Below are positions 1 through 13,700 of a stretch of 64,000 bases of DNA, in pieces. The DNA comes from Antedon mediterranea (Eukaryota > Animalia > Echinodermata): positions 33,291,648-33,355,647 of the forward strand of contig NC_092673.1 of the NCBI RefSeq assembly GCF_964355755.1. Reading direction: 5' to 3'. A program made the position numbers and the translations under genes. The notes under the pieces are model-generated. The model had not been told where the DNA came from. It did no database searches and was given only the letters and a program-made list of their open reading frames with translations. Every line of letters begins with the position of its first letter. Within the stretch, counting starts at the first letter, position 1.

Positions 1-1608
1 ATATGTTATAGCCAAAGCTATCTCCTTTAGCAGAGATTACTGTAAGCTCTTAATAAAAATACTGATGACATTTAGTTAAATAGATAGGTCAGCGGTCAAG
101 GTTCAGAAACTCCTTATGGTAAACATTGGTTTTTTTGGTTGGAGCTTTTAGGATAAAAATATGAAACCATAATCTGATAGCTAGTAGAATAAACAATTGG
201 GAGTGATTTGTTCAACAGGAATATACAATGAATGCATAACTTATGTACATTGGAAAAATAAAAAAATGAGTTAAATTGTTTAAAATGTTTTAATTAGGAA
301 GGACTGCAAATGCTAAGGTTGGCATGCTAAATTTGTTTAGCGGTTAAAGATGCACTTGAATTCGTGGACAGAACCAAGTGTTGAGAACCAAACATGCAGG
401 TAAAATACTATGGGAAATTTTTATGAATTATTTTAATATATTGTATAATAATAATATGTGAAAAACTATTGTATTGGTAGATTTTTAAGGAAGAGTTATT
501 AGGTACACATTAAAGTTGTTTTAAAAAGATGATGAAATATTCAACTTCTGCAGGCTCTAAAAACACATAGGACCGCATATGGGAATGTAGCAGGATATGA
601 ATTATTAGAGTACAAGGACATGCTTCACTGCGTTTCCAATGCAATAAGCTGTGTTTTGCATATGGCGGACGGTTTGCTCTGTATTAAATACCTTTCCTTC
701 GTTTACACTCATCACACCTGCCTTCTTCAACATGTTCTTTGTTCACAAAGGAATAATGACAAAATAAAAAATGTAAATATATAAATGATCCCTAGAAAGT
801 GAGGAAATGCGAATTCGGCCTTCTACGGTAAAACGGAAACACACTTGAATTGATGACAATTTTTCATGTACATATAGTGTCCTTCTGAATGATACAACAG
901 TAGAGCCTTGGGACACTACTATTCAGGGGACACTTTACCATCAATTTGAAATTTATACACTGCGGACACTTTGTTAGGTGGCAAAGGCTTTCCCTTAATA
1001 GGAGTTCTACTGTACTGTACGACAAGATAGCACGGACAGATCTCGAACTTATGCCTTCTCACACACAAGTTCAATACCATACCATTGCGCCGTCTTGCTC
1101 TCTATTAATTCTTTCAGGTTGTTTTGACACATCAATTGTTAACTCTTAAGTTAATTGAAAATACGCAAATTAATGTTAAGGATATATACACTTTTAAAAA
1201 AAGCTATGGGTCATTTGAGGTCAAACGCACGACAAACGAGAGGTCCATACCGTAAACCTTCTTTGGATAGGTTGGGTAATAACCTAACATTATCAAAAAG
1301 AAATAAAATGACAATAGAACGAAAAGAAAGAACACAGAATTAAAAAATAAACACAAATAAATAAGAGAGCTGTAGAAAATGAAAAAGAGAACAATACATA
1401 TATCGGTAACTAATTCTTAATTTAAATAACTCTACTATATTTTTATAATTTAAATTACTAAAATCATATAGAAAATTTCATAAAGTTTAATTTGGATTCA
1501 AGATTAAATATTATTACTTTTTAATGTAATATGTAACAAGATTTGTCTATCTATATTAAGTTTATATTAAGTTTCATTATACATAAAGCTAAAACATAAA
1601 ATTCATAC

Positions 1609-1713
1609 CACAGTCTGGAGGGACCAGAAGGTCTATTTTCTTCTCCGGTAATCGAGGCCAGAAGACTTTGACAGCCTCTCGTAATTCTCTATCGTGACGG
1701 TCACGATCGACAA
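1609..1713 (-). CDS. Cav2 exon 35 (pre-IQ): [35 protein letters not shown]
   Basis: 105 nt, phase 1->1, AG/GTATGA. Confidence 0.93.
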
Positions 1714-4700
1714 CTGAGGATAAATGAAAAAAAAGCTTGTTGAAATTTACACTTTTTATGCTATTAAACTTACAGTGGGTACCAATTCCAATCAAACCAT
1801 TATGTTATTTATCTACTATATACTTTTTTCTGTTGTGGTGAAATTAAATTTTGAATTGAATTGAAATTAAATTGAATTTTGGGGTTTTGAAGGGAAACTG
1901 AGATTAAATTTGATTTGGACTTACCATTGCCGATTTTAATATCTAATGCTGTTCTAATGAGAGCCATCAATGTCGTGGTAAAATGGACCTCCATCTTATC
2001 GTTAAGTGGCATGTTCATTCTGATCAATCGCTGAGAAAGGAGACAAAATACATTATATAATTGAAAAAAATTCTTATCCTTTTCAAAACAAGTGGGATCA
2101 GACTTTATGTGGCTGAAATTGCATACTATTCCAGGTATAGTAATTTCAAATATGAAAAAAACCTTAAAAATGCTTAGAAACATTTTACTAACCTTGTAAG
2201 CTATTCTAACAGGGCAATTTGCGCCAAATCCTACAGGAGGTTCCATTTTCCTCAACATGGTATACATTTTCTCATAATTTATCTTCCCCCTGAAAAAAGA
2301 ATATAGTTACAAAATAATTTTAACATATAAAATCGAATGATGTCAATAAAGTAAATTTGCAGACAAAATAATAAATTGTAACGCGATCAAAATAGTAAGT
2401 GCTTACGTTGCCGCAGGCTCAAAATCTCCCCAAATCCGAACATACTCATCTAAGTGATGAGCACCCAGAATTGATGCATCTCTTGTTAAATAATCAAAAT
2501 TGTCCATAATAACAGCAACGAAAAGATTTAACATCTGAAAATAAAACAAAACAAATGTTATTAGAATTGGAACATTCTTGCCTACACAGATTTATAGTAG
2601 TCTTGTCTACACCAGAGTTTTAGCAGTAGAATCTTGTCTAAACTGGTTTATGGTGGTAGGATCTTGTCTACACCGGTTTATAGCAGTAGAATCTTGTCTA
2701 AACTGGTTTATAGTGGTAGGATCTTGTCTACACCGGTTTATAGCAGTAGAATCTTGTCTAAACCAGTTTATAGAGGTAGGATCTTGTATAAACTAATTTA
2801 TTGTAGTAGAAATCTTGCCTACACCGGTTTATAGATGTAGAATCTTGTATAAACTGTTTATAGAGGTATAATCTTGTATAAACTGGTTTTTACTGGTAGG
2901 ATCTTGTGTACACCGGTTTATAGCAGTACAATCTTGTCTACACCCGGTTTATAGCAGTAGAAACATCACCATTTTAAAAAATAAACTATTTTGTTCACAT
3001 TTATAAATGTTGTGTCTCCAACATTTTAAAAAAAGACCCCTGAGGAAAAAAAATGTGCACAAATGAAAGGCATGATTAGACTGTAAAAAAATTAAATTTA
3101 CTTACCAAAAATGAGCAAAGGAAAATAAAGCTAACGAAATATACGTATGCAAATGGGGATCCACATTCATTTCCTGCTTTTCCTTCACACGCTCTACCCG
3201 ATATACATGCTAACATAATCAGTTGCCAACTCTCTCCTGTTGCACACCTATACACGTTAAGAAACGTCCAATAAAAATGCATATTAATATAAATTTAATA
3301 CGGAGTCAAAGATGAAATCGGTGGCATTGCCTATAATTTCAATATTAAATTATTTGGATATGGTTAATTTTTTAGAAAATAAATTTAGGATAAGATGCAA
3401 ATCATGCAATTGAATAAAATCCCCAAAAGTATAAAGAAGATTTGAGCAATATCTTAACTTAATATTAGAAAGGCAACTTCTACACAACAGGCTATTATCA
3501 CGCATTACAAATACAATGTTTAATGTTAAAACGGGAAAGTTGACTGTATACATATTTTCTGTCTATATTGCAAAACAAAAGCACACTTTTATTTTGAACT
3601 ATCCGCCATTTTGCTGCATTCTAAAGCATTCTAGCTGATATATTTTTTTTTTTTAAACCTGTTTAGTTTTGTTGAAAATATGCTCTTAAGATACATACAT
3701 TCATAATAAACAAAAGAAGGGATACAACATTTATTATATAGCCCTCTAAGATATATTGAATTGCAAAAAGAGTCTCTACAATAAGACAATTAAATATATA
3801 TTTTAAAATTTATAAGCTTTTAATTTAGACCATCAATATCACTTTTAAAGCCAAATGATTTTGTTTTTGTTTTTTTTAAACAAAAAAATTATAAAATTTA
3901 GAAGTTCTTTCTCAATATGAGTCAATTTAAATGTAAATTGGTTTTTTTTTCAAACAAGATTATATAATGTAGAGAATCTTTTTTGAATTAAAAAACATTT
4001 CTGGACGAACATTTGAACATTATTTGTTACAATAATTATTTTTATAATATAGTTTATAAAGAGAAAATGAGAATTTAATAAATATTTAATAATCCTTTTT
4101 GTGCGTGCTTGATTTGCCATATTTGCCATATTTTTTATCACGACCTGAGCGCTAAAATAATATTTTGATATTTCCTTGTAAATAATATTACAATTTTATT
4201 TATATTTTCACAAAAATGCTTTTAGATTAAATAATCATTTCTCTTTTAGAAAAACATATTTATTCCCAAGAAAAGATTTTTAAAAAATATAATGGTTAGT
4301 TTTGCAGTAAAGTTTCATGTTATTTTGAACAATAGAATTACACAATACTAAAGAAATGACAATATTTATTTTAGCAGAGAACTGCTACTGTAAATAAACA
4401 TAAATAGCAACATTTAGCAAAATAAAGAAATTCAAAAGAATAAAATTATATGTCAATAAAAGTACATAGAGTATTAAAGAATTGATTTTAACTTGATTTT
4501 ATCACATTGTTTTATAAAGAACTAGATTAATCTGGTTTGAACCAAAGTAAACTGGTAAAACAATACTGTTTAATAATTGGTTAACTAATTTATTACATTT
4601 AACCAGTTTAAACCAGTTAAAGATGTATTGTCCCTTGAAACACAAAAAAATGAAGGTCAAAATATTCTAAATTTAAAGTGGCCATATCAAAGTAATATTA

Positions 4701-7700
4701 AAGTTATTCACTTTAAGTCGAAAATTTGAGCAAAAAACAAGTTTACGTAATTAACAGGTAAATTAGTTTGATTACATTTCATCTGGAAAATCGTCACGAG
4801 CGAAAGTAAACAAAGATTTCAAACCATGAGTACGCATTATGCATATGCTAAATTAGGATTGTTTACAACTCGTCACGGTTAAGAACGTATTTTCACACAG
4901 ATCATGAGGAAGTTTTATGATTATGCATACAGAGTAGCCAAACAAGCGCGTTTCATTATGGGATATGTTTTGATTGAAAACTTTGACTGGAAGTCAAAGT
5001 CATTTTTTTACCAAAAAAACGTCTGTATTTCAGTTAAAAATTTTTTTTTTTCTACAAATTTTTGGTGATAGTTAATAACTATTATGATACTTCAAAATGA
5101 CCCACCTTTTTTCGAAATCTTTTATTTTTAATTTTTTTTGGAATTAGTCAAAGGGACAATACATCTTTAAATACAGACTGTAAGTAACTTTAGTTGGTGC
5201 ACATGTAGTAAAGGAGTTTCATGCAATACGCCAAACTTTTTTAAAACCTTGTTTTTTGAGAAAAGTATTAAATTTTGAATTCTAATTTATTTTTAAAAAA
5301 TGTTTTTTTATCTTTTCTTTTGCATTATATAGCAATTTTATTATTAATAAGAAAGAAATACGCAGGAAATTGATAGGTAAGGAAGAATAGTAATAGTTAA
5401 GGAACACTGTACAGGTATGAAAAGGCTATTTTGGTTGTAAAGACAGCAACGAATACATTTAGTAAAACCTTTAAACAATATAAAAACAAAGATGGTTATT
5501 ACATAAAAGATCATCACCCCATTTACACTTACTGGCCTAAAGGATGGTGAGTGTTTTAAAAGGGAGTTTATATTTTTTTAGTCCATTTCTATTTGGTTAA
5601 GTTTGTCTTTATTCATGAGTGACATTATGGTCACTGTTTGACCATAATATTTTGCTCTATGGTTTTGATGTAGGTCAAAATATATGTCAAATATGACACG
5701 CTTGATTGCATATGCCAGTCTAAACCAGTTCCAACCTAGTTTGAGGAGCTTACAGTAGGGTTGGCCCAAAAGTGTAAATGAGATGAAAGATACATACAAC
5801 AAATGCATTGATATCATGTACTGTATTAAGCATATAATGTAGCCCCTTAGTATGTGTTAGCAAGATAAAATTCCAAAAAAGATGACTACTATCCAGCCAG
5901 CAAGAAACATATTCCCGTCTAATAAACCAAACATTAGGTTCAGAAACCACATATAAAAGTTGGAATACTGAATATCAAAGTAAACGCAGTCAAATTTAAC
6001 AAAAATCAAAAGAAGTAAAGAATTTCAAAGAGGTAGCCAATACATATGGGTAAAAGGTAAGTGTCAGGTTGGGATTTATTAAAACATCTTTTTTCCACAT
6101 TGATGATAGGATAGTTGGTGTTACATCAAGGATCAATAGACAAGGATATATAGACGGGACACCAGACACAATTTTTAATGTTTCTGCTATTAGATTAGGT
6201 CTACCTGAATAGTAGTAGAAGAGCTGTAAAGAACAGCTGAAAATTGTTATGACTATTAATCTCTGTTTCATCATTGAGTTCTACATTTCCGAACATCTGA
6301 TGGCGTTGCATGCGTGTGTGGAGAGAAACAAAAAAAAAAGAAAAAACACCAATGCTTATTGTTTGAACGATTAAGTGAAATCAGTTTTTCAACTGATGAC
6401 CTAGATTTCCATGAATGTGAATAGGTATGTAAAAAATGCAAAAACTTTAAAGCTCAATTACAGTCTCTGCCATCCAGAATCAGAAACAATGACGTTGTGT
6501 ATTCATAATGACCTTATATTATTATTTTATTATTATATTATTTTTGTACTGCTGTAGTTTTTGCAGTTATTACACACCTATGCATACTCCCTGGTCTAAC
6601 ACATTTGTTTGGTTGGCATTTTGCCAGAAGTGAAACATTACCTGAACAATAGCAGGAGCGACATAAAAAAGTTATGAAAATTGTTGTGCGTGTTGATAGA
6701 GCTTGAAGTATCAGAATATTTAATATCACCGAATATCTAGATTCAAAAGCATAAATAAAGTTAACACATCCTTTAGAGACTTCCAGTCCCTTTAGAGTTG
6801 TTTCACCTTTGACCTATGAAGAAATCGGCCAGTAGATTATGTATCGCCCTCCCGCCCTACCCCACCCTTGGTTCTTGGCATGATAAATCCTATTCTACAC
6901 AGCTATACTAGAATTGAGTGCATTAGTTGAAACCATAACAGGGCAGGGAAGAATTTGAACCAGAACAATGGTGTGACTTCCACCACCAGAATTATGGACA
7001 AGAACCTCAAACCGGCTCAAATTTTATGCCCATTGGTTGTTGTAGTGCCCCCCCTGAATTAGCTTAAAATTTAATTTTCTGTCAACTAGCAAATCTAACT
7101 AGCTAAATGAGAAAGCAAACAGCCAAAAAAAAAGCAAATTATTATGTTGTCGAATTAATTGCTAGGGTAAATTTTCGAACCCTGTAACCGCTCAGTCACT
7201 CAACCTACGATACATTACGATCATTAAACTCCGTTATTTAATCACAAAATTCAACTGTAATAATGTCACTCAAACAAATTAACTACCTAAATACTATAAA
7301 AAACTTTAATCACAAATTGTTTAAAAACAAAAAAGGATATTTAATGTTTTGCATTATCCTAATAATCTAATCTAACCATTAACTCAACATCATTGCAAAT
7401 CACTCTCTCAATACACTCAACAACCTGATTTTGATGACATATCTGCTACTCCTATCCCCCCCCCCCCCCCAAAAAGCGAAACATATTATTTGTTAATTTT
7501 TCAAATCAAAAAATAATGTAATTATTAAATAAATATTAATAGGGGATTTTAGGAAAGAATGTATAGGGTAAATTCTTTTCTAAAATTCCTATTACAATCT
7601 ATTTAATAAATACATAATGCATTTTTTGTCTAACATCAATGCAGGCATTTAAGATAGAGTATTTTCTGTAGTCACCAAGTCTATTATAATTTTAAAAAGC

Positions 7701-10700
7701 AATGCTTCAGCGCACAAGGCTGAATATGATACAACATGGTTGTATGTGTATCACACATGACTTTTTAGATTCATGGACCTGGTTCTAACTTCAAATGATA
7801 AAAACAGACAAGGGAGAGAGAAAAATACTGCCAAAAAGACTCACCTGCATTCCAATAATTGCATAGATAAAGAAAAGCATTCCAATTAATAGGCATACCC
7901 ATGGCAATGCCTAAGACAAGTAAAAAAAGTGAAAAACAAAATATGTTAAATGAATGTAAATATGTTTGATTCTGGATGTTTGGGAACCCATAGAGTAGAA
8001 CCAACCTGATGTTTAACAAACTTGAAAAACATCTTATCAACTTGTTTTGTATAGTGTATAAAGATGGTTTTCCATTATAAAAATGTACTGCATACTCAGT
8101 ACATTGAGGAGATTCAGTGGCGTAACAGCTATGAGCGCTAACTGGCTAAACTCATGTGCCCCAGACCTTAAGGAGCCCCAGAGCATGAGCAGCCTCAATC
8201 AACTATCCAGTGTTGGAGGGCCCTATAGAAGTGCTACACCAGGGAGACTCAATATTTTTCGGATGAGACTTAAACCAACCACCTGAAGATCAATAGTCTA
8301 GTGTTCTTACTAAAAAGCTCACGCTGATAACTAGGGTTAGATAGAGTATGTAAATACAATAACGTCTATGGAAGGCAATATTACAAAGTCATAAGAAATA
8401 TCATTTTACCTTGAAAGACTGCACAAAAGTCCAAAGTAGGATTCGAATCGACGATCCTTGACGTAAAAGTTTGATGAGCCTAGCTGCCCGAAAAAGCCTC
8501 AAAACACTCAAATTAATAAATCCCTCCTGTAAAAACAAACAAGAAAGTGTGTCATATCAAATAAAAATTAAGTTATTCTGGTTATTTGTACCTGCTATAC
8601 CCTTTTACAACTACACAGAGAGAGATCAGTTTCCTCGCCACCCTTTAAGACTTTAAATATTTTTATTTTGCTTATCTATCCTATTTTTTTATATATAGTA
8701 GCAGTACGAAAGTTTGTCCCATAGATTGCAACATGCCATTTCCACATGCAATTTGAAATTCATCAAAAAACCTTTAATTTTATAAGTCAAGTATTTAAGT
8801 GACATAATTTGATAAAAAATATTGATATTCAACGCAACGAAAAGATATCTGGATTATAGACACTGTTGACAGATGGTAGCATGCACATGGATCTAGAGAA
8901 ATCTTTAAATCTATGACTAGTACTAAGTGCGTTTTGTGTGTTTGTATTATATGGTTTATATTACACAATACAGGACAGTCAAATCATTATGGAGAAAAAA
9001 GCGCAGAACACGTAGAGTAACTCACATCAAATGAAAAAATATCCTTTCCTATTGATAGTGTGATTCAGAATGAAATCAACAGATCTTTTTTCTTATGATA
9101 TCAAGCTTTAAATGTGTAACAAATTTGAAAAAAAAATAGTTTAGTGTGTTTTGACACTTTCTAAGAAATCCCTTTAGAGACCATTAAACGGGGAAAAAAC
9201 AAAAAGGTACATTTCTGGAACAATTTTCTCGATTTTCAAACAATTATCAGTGGTAAAGGTGTCTCAGAATTAAATCAACTATAAGTATTAATTATCAATA
9301 AAATACAAATACATTGAAAAAAACACACATTTGTTACAATTGTAAAATTGATGGATCTGTTGATATTTTTTTTGATTCCCTTGCTTGTTTCCGTCACAAG
9401 GTTTTGTCTAATGTCAGTAATATTTAAATGTTGTCTTGTTATCTGTTGATTTTTGCTTGTATATTATATGTTATATTTTACGACTTTCAGCCCTGTTAAT
9501 GGTGACGTTTGGTCACTGTAGGGTGATGATGAAATAAAATAAAAAAAAAAATAAATAAAAAAAAAAACAAAGTGTGAAAATTAATAGTTTTGAAAATTTT
9601 TTAGAATTTTGAAGCTTCTAGACGAAGGAATTCTAGGAATATTTGTGATAAAAAACAGCAATAAAAATTAGAGAGCAAAAAAAACAAAAACCAGAAATAC
9701 AAAAGATTAATGGGAAAAAGACATATCTATTTGTGGTGAAAAATGAATAACGTGAAAACAACACAATTTATCTTATTATCATAGAAGGAAATATAAAGAA
9801 AAGATTTCTTTGAAAATAAATTTGCTCTGCAAAAATACAAAAAATACAAAAATTGTATTATTTTCAGGAATGAATTTTGCCTAACCATAAACAATGTTTT
9901 AAGTATTAGTGGTTTTTGAAAAATTATTGTATCAGGACAAAGAGCAAACTGTAATTCACAAACACCAAGTTCGTCAAGAAATTTTTGACAAACTTCGGAA
10001 AACTATAGAAAACAGCAGCCAATCAAATTAAGTTATTGTAGTCAAGTGATCCAGCAGATGAACACAAAGTCAAAGAATATTTATGTGTTTAAACAACAAA
10101 ATACAAGACATAACACAAATGTATTGTCTCTTTAGTACTGCATCAACTGAAACAAAAAAAGTCGCAACTAAAGGAAAAAATAAAATAGCAAATTAAAATT
10201 CACAAACTTCAACAAATCATTTTAGGATGCACTTCAAAGTATTACATAAATATTGCATAATTTAATTTTCTAACATGTTAGTAAGAATACAGTATTAACA
10301 CTAAGTTACCCTAACAAAATGTATACGTTTAAAAAACATGTGTAATTTGTTGAAGATACACAAAAGATGTATTAATTTAAAATTACTTTAAATTATGAAT
10401 ATATTGCGAAGTTTAAATGACCATTTCAATATATCTAATAAAAATACCCTAATAAAATACAATGACTTTAAAACATAAAATTCTAAAAGTTAAAAGTATT
10501 TTTAAAGAAAGAATTTAGTTTTTGAATAAAATTACATAGGATGATATGATATATAAATATAATATTGCAGTGTGCATAATATCTAAATAAGAGTTTACAA
10601 TTGATTACATAATAATACAGGTTTGTAAAAAGTAGGTGGATCTGAGGTAGATAGAAAGATGCCTAGCAGATGGCTCTGCTAGAGAGCACCTTTGATTGCA

Positions 10701-13700
10701 GGCGTGAATAACTAGTCTGTAGACATTTGGGATTGCCACATTGCGGAAGGAAAGTCCAGTCAGAACATGTTCTGTTCAAGTAGAATAATGTACTGTATGG
10801 TAGTAGAGTATATTTTAGAAAATTAGCATGTCTGTATGCATTGTACATACAAAAGATAGTAGCTATAACTTGCCCGCTATCCCTTCTACCTCTGAATCCA
10901 TTTACTTTCCACTGTATAAAAACCCTGATTTTTGTAAAAAGCAAGCAACAACGTTACCATACAATTATTAAACACAACACGTTAGTAATATAAATATATG
11001 GTAGGTACCAGCCAAACGAAAGTGCAAGATATGGTGGTTTTTGTGAAAAATGTCAAACAAAAATTGAGTTATATAATAAAAATTCACAGGCATATAATAA
11101 TTACTAAACCGCCCAATGATATCTTAGAAATAAATTTGTTGAAACAGTAAAGATGTGAAAATCTGTGAGAATGAGAAAAAGCCACTCCAAGCAAGATTCG
11201 AACCAAAACCTTCCGCTTGATATGCAGATGTCCTAACCATTAGACCACTGGTTCAAAATTGATTGGATAGTGTTTCTTTAACACATTTAGCGTGGTGCAG
11301 CACAACATTGAATATCATTATTTTGTATTTAATTTGTATAATTTGAATTATTATACAATTTGAATTAATAACACAAATTTCACAATAACCAACAATAAAT
11401 AAATATAGGGGTGGAAACGGGGGGAGTTAGTTTAACAAATACACTATCATCTAGTGATATCTATATGATTAGTAATAACAAAAACACAAAGACACAAAAC
11501 ATGATGCTCTGAGCAGATCCGTGGCGACTAAACCTGAGATAGGAATCACCAACAAATTATAAATTTAGGAACTAAAACAAAATCATAATTTTATTCATTC
11601 ATTATTAAATTTTATATGCAATTATAGCATAAATAATCTTTTTATTAAAGTTATATAATTAACAAATTTAATTAAGATTTATTGATTGAAAGGCCGCTGC
11701 AAGAATATACTTAGAGACGTGACACTATGATTACATAATTGTTTGTGCATGAATGCCCAAGAGGCAAGTATGGTTCCAAACACAAGCATTCCACAGTGTT
11801 CGTGTGCATGGCAGCTCATGAGTGTGTGGCAGTCAATTAGAAAGGGCCACGTATTAATACTTACTTTCTATGTAGGTGAAAGAAAAACACAAAGGCAATA
11901 CATGGTTAGCAGAGAGGAATGGATATATAGGGGTAACACAGGAGGGGGGTTTTGTGGCAGAGGGGTGGCAACAGTTGATGAGGTGTCATATTAGGTATTG
12001 GCTGGTTAACTACTGTAATGTATATCCTTCATTGAAGGTTTACTAACAAGACATAGGAGTAGACAGTAATATATAAACAGATTATTATTTACATTAATGA
12101 ATATAATAATGATCAAAAGTAGAACATTTTTTTTTAAATTCAAATAGCAAAATCAAAATTAAAACACATTATATAAACAAATATTCATAACATTGGTAGA
12201 TAATATTATCTGACGGCGGAGAGAGGGAGGATGTAAATTGAAAAAGCTGTTTATTCGCACAGGTACATCCAAAAACAATATACAAGGGGTTTCCCTGTGT
12301 GAAATATTACGTCACCAAGCGTCGACTTTTATTCATTAAAGTTTTTCACTTTGTCTCGGTACAATAAGCTTGCATTTTTGCCGTACACTTAAAACAAAGA
12401 GAAACCCCTTTTTGAATGTTAATTTTAAGCAAGGCCTATGTAATGATATATGAATAGGTACTTTATCATCAGGGGGTTACGTTGGGGAGGTACATCTTTT
12501 TATCATCATTATTATAGCATCTAGTTTAAATCGAACCAATTCAAACACACACAGATGTAAGCAGGTCAATGACCTTAAGGTTAATGAACTCAAAGATTAC
12601 ATGAGCATGTTAATTTTAGCAGGTTAATAATATGGATGTTATATTTTTATCTATTTTTGTTAGAAATGAAATTATTTAAATGGTTTTAGCCATTCAATTG
12701 AAAAAAGTATATATAATAAAAACGTAAGGATCGTCATTTTCCGAGTAATTTTTTTTAATTTTCATTTTTACTTTATGTTCTAAAAAAGGTATATATGCAA
12801 TTGTAAATTAGTAAACAACACTTAAACCAAAATAAATAATTTTTGAATAAATACCTTTTTCTGAGACTATTTTTAATATATAACAACCCAAAGTTATACC
12901 GATAAAAATAAAAACCTGGCCAATTTTTAAAACTGATGCTTTCTGTGCATGCCTTAACTAGAATACTTTTTCATTTTTGGAAGAAAAGAGTTATCAGTTT
13001 TAAATAGAAGGAAAAAAAAACTTACCCCATATTCAGAGACTAGGATGTCTGTAATACTACCAACAACACAAATGAAGTCAAAAATATTCCATGCATCTCT
13101 GAAGTAATTCTAAAAAAACAATTAATTATATTTTATACACCTTTGTGTTTCCTTGCCACTTGATTGGTTGATATTGTTTTTTTTAAAAACTCTGTCTACA
13201 CTATCAAACTAGTTTGACAAAAAAAATGTGAGTGCTCAAATATGGTAGTGATATTGGCCAATATGGTAGTGATATGACATCATCGTGTTCATATATGGGC
13301 ACATCACATTTTTCTGTCACATAAAGTTTGTTAGTGTAGACAGAGCTTAAAACCTAGCCTTGTTAAAACAAAGAAACTTTTCAAAGAAGTCCCCAAGCCC
13401 GTGTGTACAGGGTCTGCAGACTATGTCTAGGAGGGGGCTTACCACCGCCGATTGTGTTGCGAAATAACATTGACGCTCTATCCCCTTTGATTACCATCCC
13501 AATGTCAATGCTCCTCAATATTTCAACTCTAGTACACATTGCATGGTATAGGAAGGACAGCAAATTAGAATTAAATGTCAGATCACTTACCCTAACTCCA
13601 TAAGCTACCAATTTTAGGATACATTCCACTGTGAACATTGTTGTAAAAAAAACGTTGAAGTATTTCAAAATGTCATCCAACTGATCAGGTTGATCATAGT

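Noticed and set aside
1083-1144. Exon ELTIDVSKQPERINREQDGAM as the IQ exon
   Set aside because: No IQ-like motif (LTVGKIYA), asymmetric phase and a poor acceptor; the true IQ exon is probably outside the window
2193-2406. Duplicate EF-hand exon like vertebrate 37a/37b
   Set aside because: Flanking introns are only 117 and 162 nt and contain no second copy
10690-10716. 27-nt exon TSYSRLQSK in the IVS3-S4 intron
   Set aside because: Poor polypyrimidine tract and weak donor AAG|GTGCTC
11443-11460. 18-nt microexon ISLDDS in the IVS3-S4 intron
   Set aside because: Acceptor plausible but donor AGT|GTATTT is very weak
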